This document shows, piece by piece, positions 10,733-32,000 of a DNA stretch of 32,000 nucleotides. The notes beneath the pieces were generated by a model. The model made no database searches, was not told the origin of the DNA, and saw only the letters and a program-made list of their open reading frames with translations. Position 1 is the first letter of the stretch; each line of letters starts with the position of its first letter. The translations under genes were made by a program, and so were the position numbers. The DNA comes from Pseudomonas aeruginosa (GTDB lineage Bacteria; Pseudomonadota; Gammaproteobacteria; Pseudomonadales; Pseudomonadaceae), in the NCBI RefSeq assembly GCF_001457615.1, contig NZ_LN831024.1, forward strand, positions 2,790,001 to 2,822,000. The letters are read 5' to 3'.

Positions 10733-11058
10733 GGCGCGGCGATGTCGGCGTGGTCGATTTCCACCACGTGGCCGGGGCCGGCGTCGAACAGCACGTAGAA
10801 CTCGCCGTCGGGACGCTTGAAGGTCAGGGTCGAGTCGGCGCCGAGCTTGCCGGGAACCAGGATCTGCTCGTCGTAGCCGATCACGTCGAGGGTTACGCCG
10901 GGGGCGCCGCTGCCGTCGGAGAATCCGCCCTTGCAGCGGATCTCGCCGGCCTGCACTTCCTCGCATTCGCAGATCGGGTTGTGCGCCAGGGCCGCGCCGC
11001 TCATGCCAAGCAACAGGGCGGCCAGGGGCAGGCGCCAGGGGCGGGTGTGGATGCTCAT
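10729..11058 (-). CDS. fpvJ: FpvJ, small periplasmic protein with N-terminal signal peptide and CxC motif (109 aa)
   Basis: MSIHTRPWRLPLAALLLGMSGAALAHNPICECEEVQAGEIRCKGGFSDGSG...; 4-nt overlaps with both neighbours. Confidence 0.82.
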   Translation of the reverse strand: MSIHTRPWRLPLAALLLGMSGAALAHNPICECEEVQAGEIRCKGGFSDGSGAPGVTLDVIGYDEQILVPGKLGADSTLTFKRPDGEFYVLFDAGPGHVVEIDHADIAAP

Positions 11059-11594
11059 TGCTTACCTCGTTTGTTCAGCCAGGCCACGGTGGCGGGGGAT
11101 GCCTCGGCCAGGGGAATGGAAGCCTGGTGCATGGAGCCGTCCCAACCTTCCATGGTGATCCACAGCTCGGCGTCGGGCCGGGTGCGCGGCGGGATCGGCA
11201 CGCTGGTGCCCATGCGGTAGGGGCTGCCGAAGAAGATCACCCCGGCGGCACGCAGGCTGCGCGGCTTGCCGATGCGCAGGTAGGTCGCCTTGACCTGGGG
11301 AATGCAGGCCTGGCAGAGGGCGGCATTGAAGTCCTTCATGAAGCCGGCGGGGCCTTCGTCGTGCGGCGGTTCGATACGCCATTCGGCGAGCTTGAGACTC
11401 CAGGGGCCTACCTGGACTTCGCCGATCTCGCGTTCACCCAGTCCGCTGCTGCCAGAGAACAACGCCATGTCGGCGAAATAACGTGGCATGAAACCGAGCG
11501 GGATCAGGATCAGCAGAACGTTCAGGTGGAAACGCCAGCGCAGCCAGAACTGGCGCAGAGGCGAAACGGGCTGGGCGACGGCGGCCTTGCTCAT
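11055..11594 (-). CDS. fpvH: FpvH, predicted membrane-anchored protein, 179 aa
   Basis: MSKAAVAQPVSPLRQFWLRWRFHLNVLLILIPLGFMPRYFADMALFSGS...; position and overlaps. Confidence 0.82.
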   Translation of the reverse strand: MSKAAVAQPVSPLRQFWLRWRFHLNVLLILIPLGFMPRYFADMALFSGSSGLGEREIGEVQVGPWSLKLAEWRIEPPHDEGPAGFMKDFNAALCQACIPQVKATYLRIGKPRSLRAAGVIFFGSPYRMGTSVPIPPRTRPDAELWITMEGWDGSMHQASIPLAEASPATVAWLNKRGKQ

Positions 11595-12802
11595 GGCTGT
11601 CCCTCCGCGGTCTGGTTGGCCATTACCGGCGCCGGCTTGGCCGGTTTCGGCTGGCGCGCCGGGCGCTTGCCGCGCTTGACCAGCGCGGCGGAGGCCTGTG
11701 CGGTGCGCTTGCTCCAGATCAGCAGGCCGCTGAGCACCATCATGCTCAGCAGCAGGCCGAAGACGAACCAGATCAGCTTGACCCAGATGCCGCCGAAATC
11801 GCCGGTGTGCAGGGGGCGCATGGATTCGGTGACGAACTCCAGCGGGGTGCGGTCGCCGAGCAGGCGGGAAGACTCGATCCTGCCGTTGTAGGGATTGATC
11901 GCTGCCGACTGGTACATCAGCGGGTACCAGCCGCGGCCATAGACATAGAGCGGGCTGTAGGCGTTGCCTGGGAGGAACAGCCCGCTGGCTTCCAAGCCGG
12001 AAATGTCCCGAGTGGCGATGCGCACGGCCTCGTCGAGGTCGATCTGCACAGCCGGCTGGCCGGAAGGCGAGAGCGGCACCTCGCTGCGGGCGATGACCGG
12101 CGGCGGGCCTTCGCTGGAGAGAGTGATGTGATTGTCGGCGAGGATCGCCTGGATCAGGAACCAGGTGCCGGTGATGGAGATCACGGCGATGAACCAGATC
12201 GACCAGATGCCGCTCAGGCGGTGGAAATCCCCCCAGAAGATGCGCGCGCCCTGGCTGATGCGCAGGCGTGGTCTGAAGAAACCCTTCCAGAATCGTTTAT
12301 AGACCACCAGACCGGTGACCAGCGAGGCCAACATCGGCAGTCCGAGTAGCGAGACCAGGTACCAGCCCCAGCTGTAGCCGTTATCGAACGGCATCAGCCA
12401 CCAGCCGTGCAGGGCGCGGGTGAACTGGCGGAAATCGAAGTGCGGGCTCTTGCCCTGGATGGCACCTGTGTAGGGATTCACGTAGAGCGCAGCGCTGCTG
12501 CCGTCGGGATGGCTGACATCCACGGTCAGGGCGAAGTGGGATTCGTCGGGGCGTTCGATCGATTCGACCTTCAGCTCGGGCCGGGCCTGATTGATGCTGG
12601 CGAGGACTTGGCTGTAGCTCAGCGGTTCGGCGGAGTCGCTTGGCTTGCTGGCACGGATTTCCGGGTTGGCCAGCCAGACGATCTCCTGGCTGACCACCGC
12701 CAGGGTGCCGGTGAGGCAGACGATCAGGACGAAGAACCAGATGGGCAGGGCCAGCCAGCTGTGGACGAGGAACCAGAGTCTGGAGCGGGACTTTTTCGAC
12801 AT
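11591..12802 (-). CDS. fpvG: FpvG, PepSY-type inner-membrane protein implicated in ferripyoverdine reduction, 403 aa
   Basis: MSKKSRSRLWFLVHSWLALPIWFFVLIVCLTGTLAVVSQEIVWLANPE..., VYVNPYTGAIQG..., FWGDFHRLSGIW; PepSY-TM architecture. Confidence 0.9.
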   Translation of the reverse strand: MSKKSRSRLWFLVHSWLALPIWFFVLIVCLTGTLAVVSQEIVWLANPEIRASKPSDSAEPLSYSQVLASINQARPELKVESIERPDESHFALTVDVSHPDGSSAALYVNPYTGAIQGKSPHFDFRQFTRALHGWWLMPFDNGYSWGWYLVSLLGLPMLASLVTGLVVYKRFWKGFFRPRLRISQGARIFWGDFHRLSGIWSIWFIAVISITGTWFLIQAILADNHITLSSEGPPPVIARSEVPLSPSGQPAVQIDLDEAVRIATRDISGLEASGLFLPGNAYSPLYVYGRGWYPLMYQSAAINPYNGRIESSRLLGDRTPLEFVTESMRPLHTGDFGGIWVKLIWFVFGLLLSMMVLSGLLIWSKRTAQASAALVKRGKRPARQPKPAKPAPVMANQTAEGQP

Positions 12803-13040
12803 GAGGCTAACGGTAGGTTAGGGGTCGTGGGCACCGACCATGGGTTGCGGAGACTGGATACGCCCCGTTCATCCATATAGGACGAATGAGCCGCGCAGAA
12901 CCTGAAAGGGAAGATGAAAGCAAATGTTTCGCAAAAGCTTTCGTGCTCCTCGCGAGGGATTTCTTCGTCATTTGCCTAAGCGCCTGATGGCTATGCAAAA
13001 AACCGATCGGCCAAGGTGCGACCGGAAGTCGCTGTCCGGT

Positions 13041-13064
13041 TAATTTTCACGATGTGTCGTCCGT
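13041..13064 (+). promoter_or_regulatory. Iron-starvation (PvdS sigma) box upstream of the first NRPS gene
   Basis: TAATT (13041-13045) - 16 nt - CGT (13062-13064), 56 nt upstream of ATG 13120. Confidence 0.8.
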
Positions 13065-13119
13065 TTCACATGAATGACCGAGCCCCGCGCTCGTTGCCCA
13101 TGTGCACGGAAGAAGACCG

Positions 13120-25529
<12,410 letters not shown>

Positions 25530-28500
25530 ATGGACATGAGCGTAGCTTTGCGGGTTGCCCGGCGCTTCATCACGCTTCCTCTCGACAAGCGCAAGCTGTA
25601 CCTGGCGAAGATGCAGGAGGAGGGCGTGACGCCGGCCAACCTGCCGATTCCCGAGGTGGCCTCGGCCTTCGAGCGTATCCCGTTGTCCTATGCCCAGGAG
25701 CGCCAGTGGTTCCTCTGGCAGATGGACCCGCAGAGCGCCGCCTACAACATTCCCTCGGCGCTGCGCCTGCGTGGCGAACTGGACGTCGAGGCGCTGTCCG
25801 CCAGCCTGGGCGCCATCGTCGAACGCCACCAGAGCCTGCGCACCGTGTTCGTCGAGGACGAACAACTGGATGGCTTCCGCCAGCAGGTGCTGGCGTCGGT
25901 CGACGTACCCGTCCCGGTTACGCTGGCGGGCGACGACGACGCGCAGGCGCAGATTCGCGCTTTCGTTGAAAGCGAGACGCAACAGCCCTTCGATCTGCGT
26001 AACGGTCCGCTGCTTCGCGCGCGCCTGCTGCGCTTGGCGGCCGACGATCACGTGCTGACCCTGACCATCCACCATGTGGCAGCCGACGGCTGGTCCATGC
26101 GGGTACTGGTGGAGGAACTCATTGCCCTGTACGGCGCGCGCCGGCAAGGCGTCGAGGCGACGCTGCCCGATTTGCCGATCCAGTATGCGGACTATGCGAT
26201 CTGGCAACGACACTGGCTGGAAGCCGGCGAACGCGAGCGCCAGCTGGAGTACTGGATGGCGCGGCTGGGCGGAGGGCAGAGCGTGCTCGAACTGCCGACT
26301 GACCGCCAGCGCCCGGCGCTGCCGAGCTACCGTGGCGCGCGCCATGAACTGCAGTTGCCGCAGGCGTTGGGCCGACAGTTGCAGGCGCTGGCGCAGCGCG
26401 AAGGGACGACGTTGTTCATGCTCCTGCTGGCCTCGTTCCAGGCGCTCCTGCATCGCTACAGCGGCCAGGACGAGATCCGCGTCGGCGTGCCGGTGGCCAA
26501 CCGCAACCGGGTCGAGACCGAGCGGCTCATCGGCTTCTTCGTCAACACCCAGGTGCTGCGCGCCGATCTCGATGCGCAGATGCCGTTCCTTGACCTTCTA
26601 CAGCAGACCCGTGTCGCCGCGCTCGGCGCCCAGTCACATCAGGACCTGCCGTTCGAGCAACTGGTCGAGGCTTTGCAGCCGGAGCGCAGTCTCAGCCACA
26701 GCCCGCTGTTCCAGGCCATGTACAACCACCAGAACCTGGGTTCCGCAGGTCGCCAGTCGCTGGCGGCGCAGTTGCCGGGGCTGAGCGTCGAGGACCTCTC
26801 GTGGGGCGCGCACAGCGCGCAATTCGACCTGACCCTGGACACCTACGAATCGGAACAGGGCGTGCACGCCGAATTCACCTATGCCACCGACCTGTTCGAG
26901 GCTGCGACCGTGGAGCGCCTGGCACGTCACTGGCGCAACCTGCTAGAGGCCGTCGTCGCCGAGCCGCGGAGACGCCTCGGCGACCTACCGCTGCTCGACG
27001 CCGAGGAGCGCGCCACGCTGCTGCAACGCAGCCGTCTGCCGGCGAGCGAATATCCCGCCGGGCAGGGTGTGCATCGCCTGTTCGAGGCCCAGGCCGGGCT
27101 GACCCCGGACGCGCCGGCCTTGCTGTTCGGCGAGGAACGCCTGAGCTACGCCGAACTCAATGCGTTGGCCAACCGCCTCGCCTGGCGTCTGCGCGAGGAG
27201 GGTGTCGGCAGCGATGTACTGGTCGGTATCGCGCTGGAGCGCGGCGTACCCATGGTGGTGGCCCTGCTGGCGGTGCTCAAGGCCGGTGGCGCCTATGTGC
27301 CGCTGGATCCGCAGTATCCCGCGGACCGCTTGCAGTACATGATCGACGACAGCGGACTGCGCCTGTTGCTCAGCCAGCAAAGCGTGCTGGCGCGCCTGCC
27401 GCAGTCGGATGGGCTGCAAAGCCTGCTACTCGACGACCTGGAGCGACTGGTGCACGGCTACCCGGCGGAAAACCCGGACCTGCCGGAGGCGCCCGACAGT
27501 CTCTGCTACGCGATCTACACCTCCGGTTCCACCGGCCAGCCGAAAGGCGTGATGGTCCGCCATCGAGCCTTGACCAACTTCGTCTGCAGCATCGCCCGGC
27601 AACCGGGCATGCTGGCGCGGGACCGTCTGCTGTCGGTGACCACCTTCTCCTTCGATATCTTCGGCCTGGAGCTATACGTACCGCTGGCGCGTGGCGCCAG
27701 CATGCTGCTCGCCAGCCGCGAGCAGGCCCAGGATCCCGAGGCCCTGCTCGATCTGGTCGAGCGGCAGGGCGTCACGGTATTGCAGGCGACCCCGGCGACC
27801 TGGCGGATGCTGTGCGACAGCGAGCGTGTCGACCTGCTGCGTGGCTGCACCCTGCTGTGCGGTGGCGAGGCGCTGGCGGAGGACCTGGCGGCGCGTATGC
27901 GCGGATTGTCGGCATCGACCTGGAATCTCTACGGGCCGACCGAGACGACGATCTGGTCGGCACGGTTCCGCCTCGGCGAAGAGGCCCGGCCGTTCCTCGG
28001 CGGGCCGCTGGAAAACACCGCTCTGTACATCCTCGACAGCGAAATGAACCCATGTCCGCCCGGCGTCGCCGGCGAACTGCTGATCGGCGGCGACGGCCTG
28101 GCGCGTGGCTACCATCGCCGCCCCGGCCTGACCGCCGAACGCTTCCTGCCCGACCCGTTCGCCGCCGACGGTTCGCGCCTGTACCGCACCGGCGACCAGG
28201 CTCGCTACCGCGCCGATGGGGTCATCGAATACCTTGGACGGATCGACCATCAGGTGAAGATCCGGGGATTCCGCATCGAACTCGGCGAAATCGAGACGCG
28301 CCTGCTGGAGCAGGACAGCGTGCGCGAGGCGGTGGTCGTCGCCCAGCCGGGGGTGGCCGGGCCGACCCTGGTGGCCTACCTGGTGCCCACCGAGGCCGCG
28401 CTGGTCGACGCCGAGTCGGCGCGCCAGCAGGAACTGCGCAGTGCATTGAAGAACAGCCTGCTGGCGGTTCTCCCGGACTACATGGTGCCGGCGCACATGC

Positions 28501-31500
28501 TGTTGCTGGAGAACCTGCCGCTGACGCCGAACGGCAAGATCAACCGCAAGGCGCTGCCGCTGCCGGACGCGAGCGCGGTCCGGGACGCCCATGTCGCGCC
28601 CGAGGGCGAGCTGGAACGGGCCATGGCGGCGATCTGGAGCGAGGTCCTCAAGCTCGGCCACATCGGTCGGGACGACAACTTCTTCGAGCTGGGCGGCCAC
28701 TCGCTGCTGGTGACCCAAGTGGTTTCCAGGGTACGCCGCCGCCTCGACCTGCAGGTGCCGCTGCGTACCCTGTTTGAGCACAGCACCCTGCGCGCCTATG
28801 CGCAGGCCGTGGCGCAGTTGGCGCCGGCCGCCCAGGGCGGGATCGTCCGATGCGCCAGGGACGCATCGCCGCAGCTGTCGTTCGCCCAGGAACGCCAGTG
28901 GTTCATCTGGCGCCTGGATCCGCACAGCGCGGCCTACAACATCCCGGTGGCGTTGCGTCTGAAGGGACCGCTGCGGCGCGATGCCCTGCAGGGTGCCCTG
29001 GACCTGCTGGTGCAGCGCCATGAAACGCTACGCACCACCTTCGTCGAACACGATGGTGCGCCGCGGCAGGTCATCCACCCGACGCTGCCGATAGCCATCG
29101 AGGAGCGACGACCGCCGGTGGCCGGCGAAGACCTGAAGGGGCTGGTGGAAACCGAGGCCCATCGGCCGTTCGACCTGCAACGCGGACCGCTGCTGCGGGT
29201 CCTGCTGTTGCCGCTGGCGACGGACGAATGCGTGCTGGTGCTGACTCTTCACCACATCATCGCCGATGGCTGGTCGATGCAGGTCCTGGTGGACGAACTG
29301 ATCCGCGTCTACGCCGCGCTTCGGCATGATGAGCCCCCCGCGCTGGCGGAGTTGCCGATCCAGTACGCCGACTTTGCGGCCTGGCAACGCCAATGGATGG
29401 ATGGCGGCGAGCGTGAGCGTCAACTGGGCTACTGGGTTTCCCGCCTGGGCGGCGAGCAGCCGTTGCTGGAGTTGCCCAGCGACCGGCCGCGCCCGCAGCA
29501 GCAGAGCCATCGCGGCCGGCGCATCGGCATCCCGTTGCCGGCGGAACTCGCCGAAGCCCTGCGGCGGCTGGCCCAGGCCGAGCAGGGCACGCTGTTCATG
29601 CTGCTGCTGGCCTCGTTCCAGGCACTCCTGCATCGCTACAGCGGGCAGAATGACATTCGTGTCGGAGTACCCATCGCCAACCGCAATCGCGAGGAGACCG
29701 AGGGGCTCATCGGCTTCTTCGTCAACACCCAGGTGTTGCGCGCCGAACTCGACGGGCAACTGCCGTTCCGCGAGTTGCTACGGCAGGTCCGGCGGGCGGT
29801 GGTGGAAGCGCAGGGTCATCAGGACCTGCCGTTCGAGCAACTGGTGGATGCGTTGCAGCCGGAACGCAGCCTCAGCCATGCGCCGTTGTTCCAGGTGATG
29901 TACAACCACCAGCGCGACGATCATCGCGGTTCGCGTTTCGCCTCCCTGGGCGAACTCGAGGTCGAGGACCTGGCCTGGGACGTGCAGACCGCGCAGTTCG
30001 ACCTGACCCTGGATACCTACGAATCCTCCAATGGCCTGCTTGCCGAACTGACCTATGCCACCGATCTCTTCGACGCGTCGAGCGCCGAGCGCATCGCCGG
30101 CCACTGGCTGAACCTGCTCCGGTCGATCGTGGCCCGGCCGGAGGCGCGCATCGCCGAGCTGAAACTTCTGGACGAGGCCGAAGCGCGTGCCGACCTGCTG
30201 CAATGGAACCCCGGTCCGCAGGACTTCACCCCGGCTTCCTGTCTGCACCGCCTGATCGAGCGCCAGGCCGCCGAGCGACCGCGGGCGACGGCAGTGGTCT
30301 ACGGCGAACGCGCGCTCGACTACGGCGAATTGAACCTGCGGGCCAATCGCCTGGCGCACCGGCTGATCGAACTCGGTGTCGGCCCCGACGTGCTGGTCGG
30401 CCTGGCGGCCGAGCGCAGCCTGGAGATGATCGTCGGTCTGCTGGCGATCCTCAAGGCCGGCGGCGCCTATGTCCCGCTCGATCCGCGCTACCCCAGCGAC
30501 CGGCTGGGCTACATGATCGAGGACAGCGGCATCCGCCTGCTACTGACCCAGCGCGCGGCGCGCGAGCGCTTGCCGCTCGGCGAGGGCCTGCCCTGCCTGC
30601 TGCTGGACGCGGAGCATGAGTGGGCCGGCTACCCGGAGAGCGATCCGCAGAGCGCCGTCGGCGTCGATAACCTGGCCTATGTGATCTATACCTCCGGCTC
30701 TACCGGAAAACCGAAGGGTACCCTGCTGCCGCATGGCAACGTGCTACGCCTGTTCGATGCCACTCGGCACTGGTTCGGTTTCTCCGCGGACGACGCCTGG
30801 AGCCTGTTCCACTCCTACGCGTTCGATTTCTCCGTCTGGGAGATCTTCGGCGCATTGTTGCATGGCGGCAGGCTGGTCATCGTCCCGTACGAGACCAGTC
30901 GTTCGCCAGAGGACTTCCTGCGCCTGCTGTGCCGGGAACGGGTGACGGTGCTGAACCAGACGCCGTCGGCCTTCAAGCAACTGATGCAGGTCGCCTGCGC
31001 CGGCCAGGAGGTTCCGCCGCTGGCCCTGCGGCATGTGGTGTTCGGTGGCGAGGCGCTGGAAGTGCAGGCCCTGCGCCCATGGTTCGAGCGTTTCGGCGAT
31101 CGAGCGCCGCGCCTGGTCAACATGTATGGGATCACCGAGACCACGGTGCACGTGACCTATCGTCCGCTGTCGCTGGCGGATCTCGACGGCGGGGCGGCCA
31201 GTCCGATCGGCGAGCCGATCCCGGACCTGTCCTGGTATCTGCTCGACGCCGGGCTGAACCCTGTGCCCAGGGGCTGCATCGGCGAGCTGTATGTGGGGGG
31301 CGCGGGATTGGCGCGGGGCTATCTGAATCGCCCCGAGCTGAGTTGCACGCGCTTCGTGGCCGATCCGTTCTCCACGACTGGGGGACGTCTGTACCGGACC
31401 GGCGACCTGGCCCGCTATCGATGCGACGGGGTGGTCGAGTACGTCGGTCGGATCGACCACCAGGTCAAGATTCGCGGCTTCCGCATCGAACTGGGCGAAA

Positions 31501-32000
31501 TCGAGGCCCGCCTGCTCGCACAGCCGGGCGTGGCCGAGGCGGTCGTGCTGCCTCACGAGGGGCCGGGCGCTACGCAACTGGTCGGCTATGTCGTGACGCA
31601 GGCGGCGCCAAGCGACCCCGCCGCGTTGCGCGACACGCTGCGCCAGGCCTTGAAGGCGAGCCTGCCGGAGCACATGGTGCCCGCCCACTTGCTGTTCCTC
31701 GAGCGCCTGCCGCTGACGGCCAACGGCAAGCTGGACCGGCGCGCCTTGCCCGCCCCGGACGCCAGCCGCCTGCAGCGGGACTATACCGCGCCGCGCAGCG
31801 AGCTGGAGCAGCGCCTGGCGGCGATCTGGGCGGATGTGCTGAAGCTTGGCCGCGTCGGCCTGGACGACAACTTCTTCGAACTTGGCGGCGACTCGATCAT
31901 TTCCATCCAGGTGGTCAGCCGCGCGCGCCAGGCCGGGATCCGGCTGGCGCCCAGGGACCTGTTCCTGCACCAGACGATCCGGGGCCTGGCCGGCGTGGCC
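25530..32000 (+). CDS. pvdJ: Second pyoverdine NRPS (PvdJ-equivalent), at least C-A-T-C-A-T, partial at right edge
   Basis: ATG at 25530-25532 overlaps/abuts the upstream TGA (25527-25529); reads MDMSVALRVARRFITLPLDKRKLYLAKMQEEGVTPANLPIPEV..., open for 2157 codons to the window end (absent from the ORF track because no stop is reached). Confidence 0.9.
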   Translation, partial: MDMSVALRVARRFITLPLDKRKLYLAKMQEEGVTPANLPIPEVASAFERIPLSYAQERQWFLWQMDPQSAAYNIPSALRLRGELDVEALSASLGAIVERHQSLRTVFVEDEQLDGFRQQVLASVDVPVPVTLAGDDDAQAQIRAFVESETQQPFDLRNGPLLRARLLRLAADDHVLTLTIHHVAADGWSMRVLVEELIALYGARRQGVEATLPDLPIQYADYAIWQRHWLEAGERERQLEYWMARLGGGQSVLELPTDRQRPALPSYRGARHELQLPQALGRQLQALAQREGTTLFMLLLASFQALLHRYSGQDEIRVGVPVANRNRVETERLIGFFVNTQVLRADLDAQMPFLDLLQQTRVAALGAQSHQDLPFEQLVEALQPERSLSHSPLFQAMYNHQNLGSAGRQSLAAQLPGLSVEDLSWGAHSAQFDLTLDTYESEQGVHAEFTYATDLFEAATVERLARHWRNLLEAVVAEPRRRLGDLPLLDAEERATLLQRSRLPASEYPAGQGVHRLFEAQAGLTPDAPALLFGEERLSYAELNALANRLAWRLREEGVGSDVLVGIALERGVPMVVALLAVLKAGGAYVPLDPQYPADRLQYMIDDSGLRLLLSQQSVLARLPQSDGLQSLLLDDLERLVHGYPAENPDLPEAPDSLCYAIYTSGSTGQPKGVMVRHRALTNFVCSIARQPGMLARDRLLSVTTFSFDIFGLELYVPLARGASMLLASREQAQDPEALLDLVERQGVTVLQATPATWRMLCDSERVDLLRGCTLLCGGEALAEDLAARMRGLSASTWNLYGPTETTIWSARFRLGEEARPFLGGPLENTALYILDSEMNPCPPGVAGELLIGGDGLARGYHRRPGLTAERFLPDPFAADGSRLYRTGDQARYRADGVIEYLGRIDHQVKIRGFRIELGEIETRLLEQDSVREAVVVAQPGVAGPTLVAYLVPTEAALVDAESARQQELRSALKNSLLAVLPDYMVPAHMLLLENLPLTPNGKINRKALPLPDASAVRDAHVAPEGELERAMAAIWSEVLKLGHIGRDDNFFELGGHSLLVTQVVSRVRRRLDLQVPLRTLFEHSTLRAYAQAVAQLAPAAQGGIVRCARDASPQLSFAQERQWFIWRLDPHSAAYNIPVALRLKGPLRRDALQGALDLLVQRHETLRTTFVEHDGAPRQVIHPTLPIAIEERRPPVAGEDLKGLVETEAHRPFDLQRGPLLRVLLLPLATDECVLVLTLHHIIADGWSMQVLVDELIRVYAALRHDEPPALAELPIQYADFAAWQRQWMDGGERERQLGYWVSRLGGEQPLLELPSDRPRPQQQSHRGRRIGIPLPAELAEALRRLAQAEQGTLFMLLLASFQALLHRYSGQNDIRVGVPIANRNREETEGLIGFFVNTQVLRAELDGQLPFRELLRQVRRAVVEAQGHQDLPFEQLVDALQPERSLSHAPLFQVMYNHQRDDHRGSRFASLGELEVEDLAWDVQTAQFDLTLDTYESSNGLLAELTYATDLFDASSAERIAGHWLNLLRSIVARPEARIAELKLLDEAEARADLLQWNPGPQDFTPASCLHRLIERQAAERPRATAVVYGERALDYGELNLRANRLAHRLIELGVGPDVLVGLAAERSLEMIVGLLAILKAGGAYVPLDPRYPSDRLGYMIEDSGIRLLLTQRAARERLPLGEGLPCLLLDAEHEWAGYPESDPQSAVGVDNLAYVIYTSGSTGKPKGTLLPHGNVLRLFDATRHWFGFSADDAWSLFHSYAFDFSVWEIFGALLHGGRLVIVPYETSRSPEDFLRLLCRERVTVLNQTPSAFKQLMQVACAGQEVPPLALRHVVFGGEALEVQALRPWFERFGDRAPRLVNMYGITETTVHVTYRPLSLADLDGGAASPIGEPIPDLSWYLLDAGLNPVPRGCIGELYVGGAGLARGYLNRPELSCTRFVADPFSTTGGRLYRTGDLARYRCDGVVEYVGRIDHQVKIRGFRIELGEIEARLLAQPGVAEAVVLPHEGPGATQLVGYVVTQAAPSDPAALRDTLRQALKASLPEHMVPAHLLFLERLPLTANGKLDRRALPAPDASRLQRDYTAPRSELEQRLAAIWADVLKLGRVGLDDNFFELGGDSIISIQVVSRARQAGIRLAPRDLFLHQTIRGLAGVA
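25620..28810 (+). other. NRPS module 4 C(LCL-like)-A-T, A-domain code DILQLGLIWK = Gly
   Basis: C: LSYAQERQWFLWQMDPQSAAYNIP, HHVAADGWSM. A: FSFDIFGLELYVPL ... VTVLQATPATW ... TLLCGGEAL ... NLYGPTETTIWSARF. T: DNFFELGGHSLLVTQVVS. Confidence 0.9.
28860..32000 (+). other. NRPS module 5 C(LCL-like)-A-T (partial), A-domain code DFWNVGMVHK = Thr/aThr
   Basis: C: LSFAQERQWFIWRLDPHSAAYNIP, HHIIADGWSM. A: YAFDFSVWEIFGALL ... VTVLNQTPSAF ... RHVVFGGEAL ... NMYGITETTVHVTY. T: [24 protein letters not shown]. Confidence 0.9.

Noticed and set aside
13102-13119. GTG start giving MHGRRP extension of the first NRPS
   Set aside because: The ATG at 13120 has a good purine-rich Shine-Dalgarno (GGAAGAAG) and gives a leader homologous to that of the next NRPS.

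Overview
The window is a Pseudomonas aeruginosa-type pyoverdine locus (accessory/variable pvd-fpv region) with its conserved flank. Order: LysR-type regulator tail (+), treA-like trehalase (-), small membrane protein (+), sorbosone-dehydrogenase-like lipoprotein (+), pvdH (+), MbtH-like (+), type II thioesterase (+), a bidirectional terminator, the eight-gene fpvFEDCKJHG cluster (-), then a large divergent NRPS block (+) that runs off the right edge. I read A-domain specificity codes by aligning by eye to GrsA: module 1 DVWHVSLIDK (Ser), module 2 DGEVCGGVTK (uncertain, Orn-derived by position), module 3 DGEDHGTVTK (uncertain, Orn-derived by position), module 4 DILQLGLIWK (Gly), module 5 DFWNVGMVHK (Thr). 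Domain order is C-A-T-E / C-A-T-E / C-A-T // C-A-T / C-A-T(-E predicted). This fits the type II pyoverdine peptide (Ser-fOHOrn-Orn-Gly-aThr-Ser-cOHOrn), not the PAO1 type I peptide. The first NRPS gene is broken by an apparent 1-nt deletion in a C run at about 17706-17709, exactly in the E1/C2 inter-module linker. Three matches to the PvdS iron-starvation box (TAAWT-N16-CGT) are visible. This is a known class of system. I see no evidence for a wholly undescribed system; the notable points are the frameshift, the chemotype reading, the regulatory sites and two A-domain codes worth experimental assignment.
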